From NCBI RefSeq assembly GCF_009914755.1, contig NC_060932.1: DNA of 64,000 nucleotides; one strand, written 5' to 3'. The notes below the pieces were generated by a model. The model made no database searches. It saw only the letters and a list, made by a program, of their open reading frames with translations, and had not been told where the DNA came from. The stretch's first letter is position 1. The number at the start of each line of letters is the position of its first letter. This stretch comes from the human T2T-CHM13v2.0 reference genome, Homo sapiens. The translations under genes were made by a program, and so were the position numbers. Shown piece after piece: positions 31,911 through 44,163 of the stretch.

Positions 31911-32256
31911 CACTTTCTCTAGTGAGAAATTTGTTCTTGATTGAGTGTTTTCTCCCATCCTCATTCTGCGCTTTCAAGGACACCAGAGGATTTGTCTAAA
32001 CACTTACCTATTTTTGTTGCTGCTACAGATCCTGTTTTCTCAGTACAGCCACAGATGTACATATTAGTTATCAGTTATTGTCAAGGTTATTTTAGGAAAC
32101 TCAGACTCATCAGCCATTCCCTAAGATACTGCCCAATGAATTCTATCACCAGCACCTAACTGCAGTGTGGCACACACCCTTAGCTGCCTACTCAAAATCC
32201 CTTATTTCCTCCTTCCTATAAAAACTTTGATTTTTGGAGTCATAATGTACTCATTT

Positions 32257-32590
32257 TTTTTTCTGTAGTTATTATTTTGTGACATTACTTTTAAGAATAG
32301 TTTATTTTATTTTTTATTATTATACTTTAAGTTTTAGGGTACATGTGCACAATGTGCAGGTTAGTTACATATGTATACACGTGCCATGCTGGTGCGCTGC
32401 ACCCACTAACTCGTCATCTAGCATTAGGTATATCTCCCAATGCTGTCCCTCCCCCCTCCCCCAACCCCACAACAGTCCCCAGAGTGTGATGTTCCCCTTC
32501 CTGTGTCCATGTGTTCTCATTGTTCAATTCCCACCTATGAGTGAGAATATGCGGTGTCATTCTCTGTAAACTATCACAAGAACAAAAAAC
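32257..32590 (-). mobile_element. Short L1PA2/3 with 5' inversion and a 38-bp 3' transduction
   Basis: TSD AATGTACTCATTT at 32244-32256 and 32591-32603; antisense 3' UTR 32301-32557; sense piece 32557-32590; non-L1 segment 32263-32300. Confidence 0.88.
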
Positions 32591-34848
32591 AATGTACTCA
32601 TTTAAAAGAAGGTTATGTTCATTTAAAGGAATCCACCTGCCCAGACTCCCTTGCCTTCTGCAATTTCTAAGTGATCCAGTTTGGTATGAAGCAAGGTAAG
32701 CAACAGTGGCTGGGCTGGACTTCCAGAAAGCCTGTTAAAAGGCCTGTCCCTTCAGTCTTTCTCCCTTTACCTTTCTGTGGGCCTGGATAGCTCTCCATCT
32801 TTGTAAGCAGGAAGATGAAAGCCAGAGACTAAGGATGGTGGAGTGGAAAGACAGTGAGTGCCTGGGGCAGAGAGGGTTTTCTGCTGCTGCTGCAACTGGG
32901 GCTGCCTTCTTTTGGACTCCTCATTATGTTGTTCTTATTTGCCACTTTTCTTGACATGCAAACAAAGGCAATTTCGACTGATACACAAAGAAAGCAAGAA
33001 AGCATCTCACAAGCTGTTTTCAAATCTGATTATTACTATTCAGTAACATAGGCTTTGGCTGGAACTATGGTAGTTGAGAGCTCATTTGTGTTCAGTGTGA
33101 TTGTAAAGATTGTCTGATGTAGGAAGCAGAAATTCATATTTCTAACATTTATGCTGTTTATCTAGAATCTCACAGAAATATAAAACCTGGTTGAGTCAGT
33201 ATTCAAATAGGAAGATAAAATGTACTCCTCTCCTAAGTCAAAATCAAGAATGTAGTACAATTGTAAGAAATAAGAAGACTAATGTGACATTTTGTTTTTT
33301 CCTAATTACCTAATCAGAGTAAAATCACAAACCTGATAAAATGAAATTCAATTCTTACTCTGAAAAATCCATCTGAGTCTCTAAAGTCTAGGATAGCATT
33401 AATATTATCTTAATTAAGCTTTCTAATGCTTACTTAGCTACTGACAATGAAACAAAGAGTAGCATCCATTCCCCTGTATAAAGAAAATTTGAAATGCACA
33501 TTAAAGAAGACTGTCTTCTAGTTTTACTGAATTATTTCAGAATCCTAGACACTGGAAAGGCTTTCAACCCCCCTGAAAATATTGCCTCTATGCTCTGTGC
33601 CATATATAAATACAAATCAATATAAAGTAGATGGTATAGGTATTCTTTACGTCTTTAAAGAAAATGACTTCAAAAAGCTTATAGGTGTATTTCTGTGTAT
33701 TTCTATTTATACAAAAGATGGAAACATGTTTACCTAGTTTGTTGCATTTACAACTGAATTGAATTTCTAATTGTTGGTAAGTGGCAGCTGATTTATAAAT
33801 CACTGTACTGTATTAAAGAGTCTTATCAATGTCTCTGCATCACCAATGCATTACGCATGCTGGCCTTTTGTATCAAATCTTTCATAGATGTGAACTGAAT
33901 ACCTTATAGATTCCCCTTTCTACATTTGCTGTTATAGAAGTTAAATTTGAACGATTATGTACACTCCCTTTTACCATCCAGCTCTGCATAAAGTTTGACA
34001 CTTTTAAATTACAATGGTGAGCCTCTAAGCAATAAAGGTATGGAGGTGGTAGAAGGATACTAAAATAGTCTCTTTCCTCTAGAAAAGTTTTAATGTAAGC
34101 AGGGATACAATAAAATTAGAAATACAATTTCCTACAGCTATGTTTCCTGCACCACACACAAATCTCCAAATTATTAATGATTTCTGGGACAGACTTCATG
34201 TTTCTGCTTTAAAATTTCAAATGCAATGGCATGAAGCACCTGCAAACCTTAGTGAAGGAATCCTGTCAAGGTCCCACATCTACCTGAGTTGGCCAGAAAG
34301 TAATATTTTTAAAACTAACTTACAACAATAAAAACTGTGAGATACATCTAGGGAGTTGAAGAGCTGTTTTTGAACGGGTAGGCTATGGGTGATATGGAGG
34401 ACATGCTGCTGCAACCTTGGACAGGGAGGGGACAGCAAGTGTAGCTAGGAGAGAATAAATAAAACAAAAGCTGATCTAACTCTGCTCTTGCCTTTCCCCT
34501 GTGGCTGCCATGGGACATCACTGGCAGCCTCTCACCGAGGACATCTGCAGCAAAAGTCCCATGGTACACACTCTGTGGGACTAATCAACTTTCTCCATTC
34601 ACTCCTTCCCCTTCTGAGTCCTATGCTCTGGTGAATTTCTATTCTGGACTGCAGCTTCCAAATGGGGGAGGGGAAACTTCTGCCTATTAAGCAAAAATAA
34701 AAAATTGACCTGGGCAGATATTTTGTGCAGTGATATCAAATAGGCATCTTTATTATTTCTTTTTACAATAAAGGAAATGGTACAACCCTTTCCCAAGTAA
34801 AAATGTTTTGAGGTATTGGCTTATATATTTTTTCAACAATAAAAATTA

Positions 34849-37601
34849 CAATAAAGTTTAGATATCTGTCCCCTCCAAGTCTCATGTTGAAATTTAATCC
34901 CCAATATTGGAGGTGGGGTCTAATGGGGGGTTTGGGGGTCATGGTAGCAGATTTTTACATGAACAGATTGGTGCCATCTTTGCAGTAATAAGTGAGTTCT
35001 TCCTCTATTAGTTCCCACAAAAACTGATTGTTAAAAAGAGCCTAGAATCTCCCTCCCCTCTCTTGCCATGTCACACACCAATTCCCCTTAGCTTTCTACC
35101 ATTAGTGGAAGCTTCCTGAGGTCTTTACCAGAAATTGATGCTGGCACCATGCTTTTTGTAGAGTCTGCAGACCGTTATCCAAATAAACCTCTTTTCTTTA
35201 TAAATTACCCAGCCTCAGGTATTGCTTTAAAGCAACCCTAACAGACTAGGACAAAAAATTGGCATGGAGGAGTGGGGCATTGCTATAAAGATAGCAGACT
35301 GTGACAACAGCTTTGGAACTGGGTAATGAGCAGAGGTTGGAAGAGTTTGGAGGGCTCAGAAGAAGATAAGAAGATGAGGGAAAGTTTAGAACTTATCAGA
35401 GACCAGTTAAGTGATTGTGACCAAAATGCTGATATAAATATTTTATCAGTCCATTTTCACACTGCTGATGAAAAGATAGCCTAGACTGAGCAATCTACAA
35501 AACAAAGAGGTTTATTGGATTTACAGTCCACATAGCTGTGGAGGCCTCACAATAATGGCAGAAGGCAAGGAGGAGCAAGTCACATCTTACATGGATGGTG
35601 GCAGGCAAAGAGAGAGCAAACTTGTGCAGGGAAACCCTCGTTTTTAAAACCATCAGATCTTGTGAGACTTATTCACTATCATGAGAACAGCATAGAAAAG
35701 ACTTGCCTTCATGATTCAATTACCTCCCCCCAGTTCCCTCCAACAACATGCGAATTCAAGGTGAGATTTGGGTGGGGACATAGCCAAACCATATCAAATA
35801 TATAGATCAAAGGCCAGACTGTTGAGGTTTTATATGGAAATGAGGAACTTACTGGGAACTGGAGCAAAGGTCACTTTTGTTATGCCATAGCAAAGAACTT
35901 GGCTGCATTGTGCCCATGCCCTAGGACTTTTAAAAGGCTGAACTTAAGAGTGATGATATATGGTATCTGGCAGAAGAAATTTCTAGGCAACAAACTATTC
36001 AAGGAGTGATGTGGCTGCTTCTAACAACTTAAGACTAAGTATGGGAGAAAAGGAATGACCAAAAGTTTGAACTTATGTTTAAAAGGAAGCAGAGTACAAA
36101 AATTTGGAAAATTTACAGGTTGTCCACGTCGTAGGGAAGGAAAGAGCATTTCAAAGGTGCAGCTTAGAAACTCTTTGCTACAGAGATTAGCAGGAATAAA
36201 AGGGAGCCAGGCACTAGTAGTCAAGACAATAGGGAAAAGGCCCTGAAGTCATTTCAGAAATCTTCAAGGCCACCCCTCCCATCACAGACCAACAGGCTTA
36301 GAACAGAATGGTTTGGGGGACCATCCCTGCTGCCCTACGCTGCCATGGGATGCCGCACCCTACATCCCAACCACTCCAGCGGTAACCCCCATGTGGTGTT
36401 AAGTCTGCAGGTATGCAGAATGCAAGAGTAATGGAGGATTGGCAACTTCCACCTACATTTCAGAGGATATATTGGAAAGCCAAGGTGCTCAGGCAGAAGC
36501 CTGCTGCAGGACCAGCACCCCTACAAATAGACTCTACTAGGGCAATGTCAAAAGGAAATGTGGGGTTGGAGCCCCCATGGAGAGGCTCTACTGGGGCACT
36601 GTCTAGTGGAGTTGTGGGAATAGGGCCATCATCCTCTAGATGCCAGAAAGGCAGGGTCACTAGCAGCTTGCAACCTCAACCTGGAAAAGCCACAGGCATT
36701 GGACTCCAACCTGTGACAGTAGCCATGTGGGCTGTGCCCAGCAAAGCCATGGGGGTGAGACTGCCTGAGGCCTTGGGGACCCACCATCAGAACCAGTGTT
36801 CCCAGGATAAAGAACATGGAGTCAAGGGGAATTGTTTAGGAGCTTTAAGATCTAATGTCTCCCCTGCTGAGTTTTGGACTTAAGAAGGGCCTGTTGCTCC
36901 TTTCTTTTGGTTGATTTTACCTTTTAGGAATGAGAATATTTACTCAATGCCTGTACCACCATTGTATCTTAGAAGTAAATAACTCATTTTGATGTGGTTT
37001 TTTAAATTTTTTTATTTTACAGGCTCTCTGTTGTAAGGAACTTGCCTTGAGTCTCAAACGAGGGTTTGGTCTTTGGACTTTTGAACTGATACTGGAACAA
37101 GTCAGGACTTTTGGGGACTATTGGGAAGGGATGATTATATTTTGCAATGTGAGAGGGGCATGAGTTTTGTGGGACCAGGGGTGGAATGATATAGTCTGTT
37201 CCCTTCAAACCTCATGTTGAAATTTGATTGCCAATATTGGAGGCGGGGTTTAATGAGAGGTGTTTGGGTCATGGGAGCAGATCCTTCATGAATGGATTAG
37301 TGCTTTCCTAGATGTAATAAGTGAGTTATTGCTCTATTAGTTCTCACTGAGCTGATTTTTAAAAAGAGGCTAGCACCTCCTTCTCCTCTCTCTTGCTCCA
37401 TTTTTTGCCATGTGACATGCCAGCTCTTCCTCGACATTTCACTGTGAATGGAAGCTTCCTGAAGCCCTTGCCAGAAGCCGATGCTGGTACCATGCTTCTT
37501 GTACAGTCTGCAGAACTGTGAGTCAAATAAACCTCTTTTCATTATAAATTATCCAGACAAATATAATTTGTCTTAGTCCATTTGAACTGCTGTAAAGGAA
37601 T
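34849..37601 (+). mobile_element. MST (MSTB-like) MaLR provirus: 5' LTR 34849-35253, internal 35254-37186, 3' LTR 37187-37556 with its terminus inverted
   Basis: Two similar LTRs (ctcatgttgaaattt...caatattggagg...aaataaacctcttttc); internal begins aaaattggcatggaggagtggggcattgctataaagat and ends ggaccaggggtggaa. Confidence 0.88.
35442..35796 (-). mobile_element. THE1 solo LTR nested in the MST internal region
   Basis: agtccattttcacactgctgat...gagatttgggtggggacatagccaaaccatatca; TSD AATAT at 35437-35441 and 35797-35801. Confidence 0.9.
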
Positions 37602-37791
37602 TATATTATCTATAAAAATATACAAATTTATTATCTATAAATTATGCAAACAAAACTATTAAACATAATGTAAATAACTCAATTCAGTTCAAGTCCATTT
37701 AAGCTGCTATAAAGGAATTATATTATCTATAAATATATACAAATTATATTATTTGTAAATTATGCAAACCAAATTATTAAACATAATATAA
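37575..37791 (+). repeat. Diverged direct duplication of ~100 bp (37575-37673 and 37692-37791)
   Basis: Both copies read AGTCCATTT..CTGCT.TAAAGGAATTATATTATCTATAAA...ATTATGCAAAC.AAA.TATTAAACATAAT.TAA. Confidence 0.85.
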
Positions 37792-38069
37792 TTCAAAATT
37801 TTGATCAGAATGATTAGAGAGTCAAAGTCACTAGAATATAATTTGTCGTGAAATAGTTACACATCTTGTCTGATGGAAATAGTTTAAATATTTACATTCT
37901 CCAATATCTTGCTTTTGATAGAGGTGGCCATTCAATTTAATAGACTTTCTTTTGGCATTGTGGAAGTGGTTTTTAATGAATTATCATTTGGTAAACTATA
38001 TGCTCCACTCTCATAACATGGTTTCTTAAATGCAGTTTTGACCCACTTTTGAGTCTATGGCTAAAGCCA

Positions 38070-38478
38070 ATTAATTATATTTCTTTAGCAGCCAGATAAG
38101 CCAGGTAAGTCCCCACCTGCCAACCACCTCTATAATTGTGCTCACATCCTCCTAAGCACCCACGTTATTTATCCCAGTGCCAGGTATCAGACTACCTAGG
38201 ACAGCCCCTATGGGCCAGAGCTCACTGAAATTATCCAAATAAGCCAATTCTAAGTCCACTTGCCTTTCCTTTTCATGGAAACCACATTAAATTCCATAGT
38301 TCCCCTTTCTCCCTCTGCCTCATAACTGACAGGTGCTTCTCTGAGTGGCCCTGCATGGTGTGCCATGTTCCTCTTTGTGCACTGTGAGTACAACAAAACT
38401 GTAAAACTCTTTCCAGTTTCTCTCTCTTGATCTGCTGCCGGTTTCACCAGACCTCACCCAAGATAACAGTTAAAACAA
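38070..38478 (+). mobile_element. ERVL LTR (MER73/MER74-like)
   Basis: gccaggtatcagac...gacagcccctatgggccagagctcactgaaattat...ggaaaccaca...ggccctgcatgg...ttaaaaca. Confidence 0.65.
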
Positions 38479-40784
38479 TTGTTAACTTATATAAAAATAA
38501 GTTAGCAAAAATAAATAAAAGTAAAGTTAGCAAAATAAATATCCCCTTAGAGCTACAGGAGTATTTGAAAATGTGTGCAGCAGTTTTTTTTTCCTGAAAG
38601 TAAAATGTCATATTTCAAAGGAATCAGGCTTGACATTAGAAAAAAATTTAATGTTTCACTTACTCATGTATCATTGCCTTATCAATCCACCACTCTTTAC
38701 TGAGTTATCATCAGTTTGAGTTAGAATTGCAGTTGTACATAGCAAATATAATTGAAAGAATTGTAATAAACATCTAGAATGCTAAAAAGCCAAAACATAC
38801 ATTTAGCATTTTAAATTTTGAAGGTGAGATTTCTGTATCAAATGTAGAAAAACAATATATTTTAAAGTTTAGTTTTGGATCATAGGTGGGCTGATCATGA
38901 CATTTCAGTCAAAAATGGTTATTTTCCTCCCTCTTAAAATTTTCTAAAAGGAAAAAGTTGAAAGCAATGGCAAGACACTGCAATTCCATTAGCATCAAAA
39001 TATGCTTTTCTTCTTCGTTGCTTCATTTTATTCTTCACATACTTTTCTAATCCCTTTGATACTTTTGAAAATATTATATAATTAAACTTTTGTTTGTGCA
39101 ATATTTCATTTGAAACATTAATATTATTAAAAGCATCATGCTAAATCAATACTTTCAACTATATGTCTTTGGTTTAGCTGCTATAATGTCTCTCTTTATT
39201 AAAATAATCAGTAATTTCTAAATGATTCTAAAGTGCCTCAGAATTTTTTGACATTAGGATTGACTACATTTTTTCATTATGAATTTGACAAGGTTTTGAA
39301 GCTAAAAAAATCGTTTTATAGCTATTGAATACTATATAAAAACCAAGGAATGGATTTTTTGCTACATCATTTTCCACAATTTAAATAATGAGGAGAAATA
39401 ATAATATAAAAAACCTAAAAATTTTTGAACTTTTTCATTGGAAATTGATACTACCATGAATATTTGCATTGTTCTCTCCTTGACCCCTTAAAGAATGCAT
39501 ATTTAATTCAGATTTTAAGTAATTTAAAATGCCTGTATTTCTTCTCAAGAAATATATATGAGATATCACACATATAATGAAAATTATTAATTTATTAATA
39601 TTTAATTGTTATTTTTATTATTAACATTTAATTAATCATTATATTTTAATTGTTAAATAATTAAATGCATTAAATTAGTTATTAATTTCCATTACAATTC
39701 TGAATTATCTGATGACTTATGGAAACATGCAATGCTTATTGTCCACTAAATGGAGATTTTCTATTTATCTTTTTGTCATTTGTTAGGGTAACATTCTTTT
39801 GACATTTGTTGACTTCTGCTTAATGGCTAAGGATAAAATTAATGATCAATTTTAGTAAAATACATGTGCAATACAAAAAGATGTTCATCATACATTTGTA
39901 TATAATTTATTAAATGTTATTTATATTATTCAAATCTTCTATATCTTTACTAATGCTATCTATGCATCCTGTCAGTTACTGAAAGAACTACATTAAATTT
40001 TTTACTATGATTATGGATTAAACTATTTCTCCTTTTATTTCTGTGAATTTTTGCATCATGATCTTTGAGTTGATATAATTGGTGTATAGAAATTAAGAAC
40101 TTTTATTTATTTCTGATGATTGTTCCTTATAGTATAATAAATATTATTCTTTATCTGCAGGAATCCTTCTTTACTTCAACTCTACTTTGACAAGTATTAG
40201 AATAGTTACATCAACTGTCTTTTGGTTAGTGCTTAGAAGCTATATATTTTTTCATACTTTAAATTTCAAACTTTTTGCTATCTTCACGGTCAAAATAAAC
40301 AGCATATGATTATTTTTCCAGTTTAATAATTTTTAATTTTTGTATTTTAATTATACAGGGTCTCCTTAGTCTAGAAATACATATGTATATACATAATATT
40401 ATCAATGACACCTTAAATCTATTTTTAAAAACTGTTTCTAGATATTGTAGTCAGCCTACAGTATTTAATTTATATTTAATGAAATTATTATAACATATGG
40501 ATTTAAATGTACTGCTTTTCTATTGTCTCAGTTTTCTTGTGTTCACTTTTCTCTCTATTCTTGCCTTTTTTTGAGTTAAGTATTCTTATTTTTACCTTAT
40601 TTCAATGTATTATTTTGAATCTATTTTTTATTAGTTTGATAGTTATACATTTTCTAACACAGTCTTCTTTTAATGATTAACATAGAGATTACAACGTGCA
40701 TTTTTAAATTATTAAAGTCTAATTGAAATTTGTACTTTGAAAATTCCCTGGATAATTCAAAAGCCTCATAACCATTTACTCCCT

Positions 40785-41182
40785 TAATATACCTTGGATG
40801 TCCTCTCCAAATCTCACCTTGAGATATAATCCTGAGTGTTGGAGGTGGAGCCTGGTGGGAGATATCGGGGTTATGATAGCAGATTCCCTTATGGCTTGGT
40901 GCTGTCATCGTGATACTGAGTTCTCATGAGACCTGGTTTTCAAAAGCGTGTGGTACCTCTCCCCACCCTCTCTCTTGCTCCTGCTCTCGCCATGTGGTGT
41001 ACCTACTCCCCCTTTTCCTTCTGCCATGAGTAAAAGCTCCCTGAGGACTCCCCAGAAGCCATGCAGATGCCAGTACCATTCTTGTACAGCCTGGAGAACT
41101 GTGAGCCAAATAAACCTCTTTTCTTTGTAAACTACCCAGTCTCAGGTATTTCTTTTTAGCAATGCAAGAACAGTCTAACACA
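40785..41182 (+). mobile_element. MST (MSTA-like) solo LTR
   Basis: ccaaatctcaccttga...ttggaggtggagcctggtgggag...aaataaacctcttttcttt...gcaatgcaagaacagtctaacaca. Confidence 0.88.
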
Positions 41183-42067
41183 ACCCGCCTGATGTATGAT
41201 ATATTATTGTCATGTATTCACCTACATTTTCCACCATTCTATTACGAAAATTTTCAAAATACAGGAAAATTGAAAAATTACGCAGTGAACACTCATATAG
41301 CCACCATTTGGAGTCTATCAATCTTTTTGCTTTATTACAAATATAGCCATATATTCATCCATCTATCAATTCTTTCATCCACCTATTTTTTGTGTATTTA
41401 AAAGTAATTCAGATATCAGTATACCTCATTCCTAAATACTTCAGCATAAATATAAATTACTAGAGTTAAATTTTTGCATATATTTTCTTTTTTTACATGC
41501 ACTAAAATGCATAAATCTTAAGTGTATCATTCAATGCATTTTGATCATTGCATTTATTGCATAATCCAAACCTTTTTAAAGACATAAACCATTACCATTG
41601 CCAGAAATTTTCCCCATGGTTCTTCCCAATAGTCACCTCCCAATCCCACTCCCTACAGTCATACACTGTTCCAATTAATTTAAAATATTCAGAAGATAAT
41701 CTTTCCATGCTGCTTCATTTATTCATCAGCTTCACGCTTCCATCTGCTAATTGTAGATGTTTTCTTTAAAACACCCTTTATCATTTAATTTAGGTTAATT
41801 CTGCCAGTTCGTGCCTTTCCTAGGTTTTTTTTTTGTCTGAAAATGGTCTTATTTTCTCTTTGTTTTCATGAATACTTTTGTTGAATGCAGCAGTCTAGTT
41901 TGACTATTATTTTCTTTTAAAACTTTGAAAATAGCATTGGATTGTTTTTGACTTCATAGTTTCTATTGAATAGTCATCTTTTGGTTCATTATTGCTTTTT
42001 AGAGGGGATCGTGTCATTCTCTTTGGTTGCTTTTAAAATATTTACTTGGTTTCCTTTGGTTTAAATA

Positions 42068-42245
42068 TTGAGTTGCCAAATAAAATACAATTAAATTACA
42101 ATTTCAGATAGACAATGATTTTTTGGTGTAAGTATATACCAGATATTGCATGGAAGATATTTATACCCCAAAATTACTTGTTACTTATTTGAAATTTGAA
42201 TTTAATGGAGCATTCAGTATTTTTTACTTCCTTAATTTAGCACAC
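42068..42245. mobile_element. MER53 hAT MITE
   Basis: gttgccaaataaaataca...aatttcagatagacaatga...tgaaatttgaatttaa...gtattttt. Confidence 0.7.
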
Positions 42246-42477
42246 CTATTTCCAGAAGTATACACTAGTGATTTTAGTTGTGTTTTCTTCTATGTTTATC
42301 TTTCTAGATCTTCTTAAATCTTAGTTTGATGTCTTTCGGCAGTTTTGAAAAAAGTCTCAGACATTGTTTCTTCAAATATTGTTTTATTATGATTCCCTCT
42401 CTCCTTTACTTTGGACTTCCAATTGTATATATGCTAGATCTTTTTACATATTTTACAGGTTGTAAGATCTTTTCTGT

Positions 42478-42657
42478 TTACAAAAATTAGCCACGTGCAC
42501 TACGGATGCACACCCGTAGTCCCAGCTACTCAGGAGGCTGAGGTGGGACGATCACTTGAACCCAGGAGGTCAAGAGGGCTGTGATCATACCATTGCACTC
42601 CAGTCAGAACAATAGAGCAAGACCTTGTCTCAAAAATAAATAAATAAGTGAATAAAA
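42478..42657 (+). mobile_element. Alu right arm (AluJ/FRAM-like)
   Basis: tacaaaaattagcc...gtagtcccagctactcaggaggctgaggtggga...gaccttgtctcaaaaataaa. Confidence 0.85.
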
Positions 42658-43199
42658 AGATTTCCTTCAGTTACTAACTATCTCTTTCTCTGTGCCTACC
42701 TCTTATTAAATTCACCCACTAATTTCAGTTACTAATTTCAGTTACTTTGTTTTTTTAATTATAGAATTGATGTTTGTTTATTTTGTTTATAAAATCTATT
42801 TTTTTGCTAAAATTCTCCATCTTATCATTAATTCCTTGAACACATTAATCATTATTATTGTTTTTAGACTCTACAATAGATTACCTCATTTACTGTATCT
42901 CTTGTGGTTTGCTCTTATTGTCTGTTTTGGACATCAGATTTTGGTTATGTTGAATCTTCTCATATTACTGTTTTCAAACTAAAGCCTGAATATTTTATAT
43001 ACAATTGGAGGCCTAGAACTTAATTAAACACATATGAATGAAAAATATATTTAATAATATTTTACTTGAGCTATGCCATTATGTTAAACTCTACTTTTAT
43101 AGGAAATCATGAACAGCCAAAAATATACATTGTATTCACAATTAATAGAAGGTATCAATAATTAAGTATAATCTACAAATTCATATCTACTAAATCATG

Positions 43200-43430
43200 C
43201 TAATAATACCACCTTAGTGCCTGCAAAATACTTTTACATCTATATTTTATTTAATCTTCAAACAATTCTGAAGATATAGATAGATAGACGGATAGATAGA
43301 TATGTAAATTTCCATTTTAAAGATACAAAAACTGAGTCCCAGAGAGATTAAATAAATCCCCCAACATCATACACTTACCTAATCAGTAGCATAACCAGCA
43401 CTACAATTAAGTTTTCAAATTTAAACTCCT
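43200..43430 (-). mobile_element. MIR
   Basis: atttaatcttcaaacaa...ccattttaaagatacaaaaactgagtcccagagagattaa. Confidence 0.7.
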
Positions 43431-43974
43431 GTTTTTCTTTTTTCTATTATACTATATTTGCCCTTGCCTTCTTTATTTTAGAATACAATACAGTGAAGAA
43501 AGACACTAAAGTCATCCTCCTTTCTTGTTTATAGTCTCTGGGTTGCTTTTGGTTTGAAATTCTCCTTCAAGATGAGAAGCATGCAAATATCACAGAGCCA
43601 AATTGCAAGAAGCATTCAGCTCTTCCTTCATCATATTTTTCGGGTCACTCCAGATTGTTATAACTATAAAATGAATGTATCTGAACTTCTAATCTTCACT
43701 GTAGCAAAGGTGTTAATGGCTTGTTATACATAAGGAACATTCCAACCATATAGGTTTAGAATCCAAGGCCACATTATGTACTTAAGCTCTATACCATCCC
43801 CTGGACATACCTCCTTGGTGGTTTGCTGGGTTGTTTCTATGTATATACTTCCACCATTGTCTTTCAGCAAATCTTCTCAAACTATAACATTCTGTCTTCT
43901 ATAAATACTTAAGAATGGCAGCTGCTTTCTTACTCTATTTTTCTGTTTTCTTTTTCCCCCAGTGAGTATCCATT

Positions 43975-44015
43975 TTAGCTTCCAACAGCAAATGTTAGCT
44001 TCCAACAGCAAAATG
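43975..44015 (+). repeat. 20-bp tandem duplication
   Basis: TTAGCTTCCAACAGCAAATG followed by TTAGCTTCCAACAGCAAAATG. Confidence 0.9.
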
Positions 44016-44116
44016 TGGTTCTTTATCAACCACAGTGCATGTGGTTACATTGGGGTTAATCCCTCTTTCTGGTTCCAGGAGCAGCATAAGAACCAGATAA
44101 GGGCAATCAGAGCTTT

Positions 44117-44130
44117 ACACACACACAGAG

Positions 44131-44163
<33 letters not shown>
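44117..44163. repeat. Interrupted (CA)n microsatellite
   Basis: Directly visible. Confidence 0.9.

Larger units (their letters stand above)
39700..42990 (-). mobile_element. Old L1M fragments (T-rich antisense), interrupted by MST, MER53 and Alu
   Basis: ttcaaatcttctatatctttactaat...tcagttactgaaaga...ttgtttcttcaaatatt typical of antisense L1M. Confidence 0.6.

Noticed and set aside
36413-36883. 156-aa ORF
   Set aside because: Lies within the MST MaLR internal sequence; no sign of a cellular gene.
43940-43968. Strong polypyrimidine tract and CAG overlapping GTGAGT, resembling a recursive splice site
   Set aside because: The G is shared (CAGTGAGT); it is not the required AG|GT arrangement.
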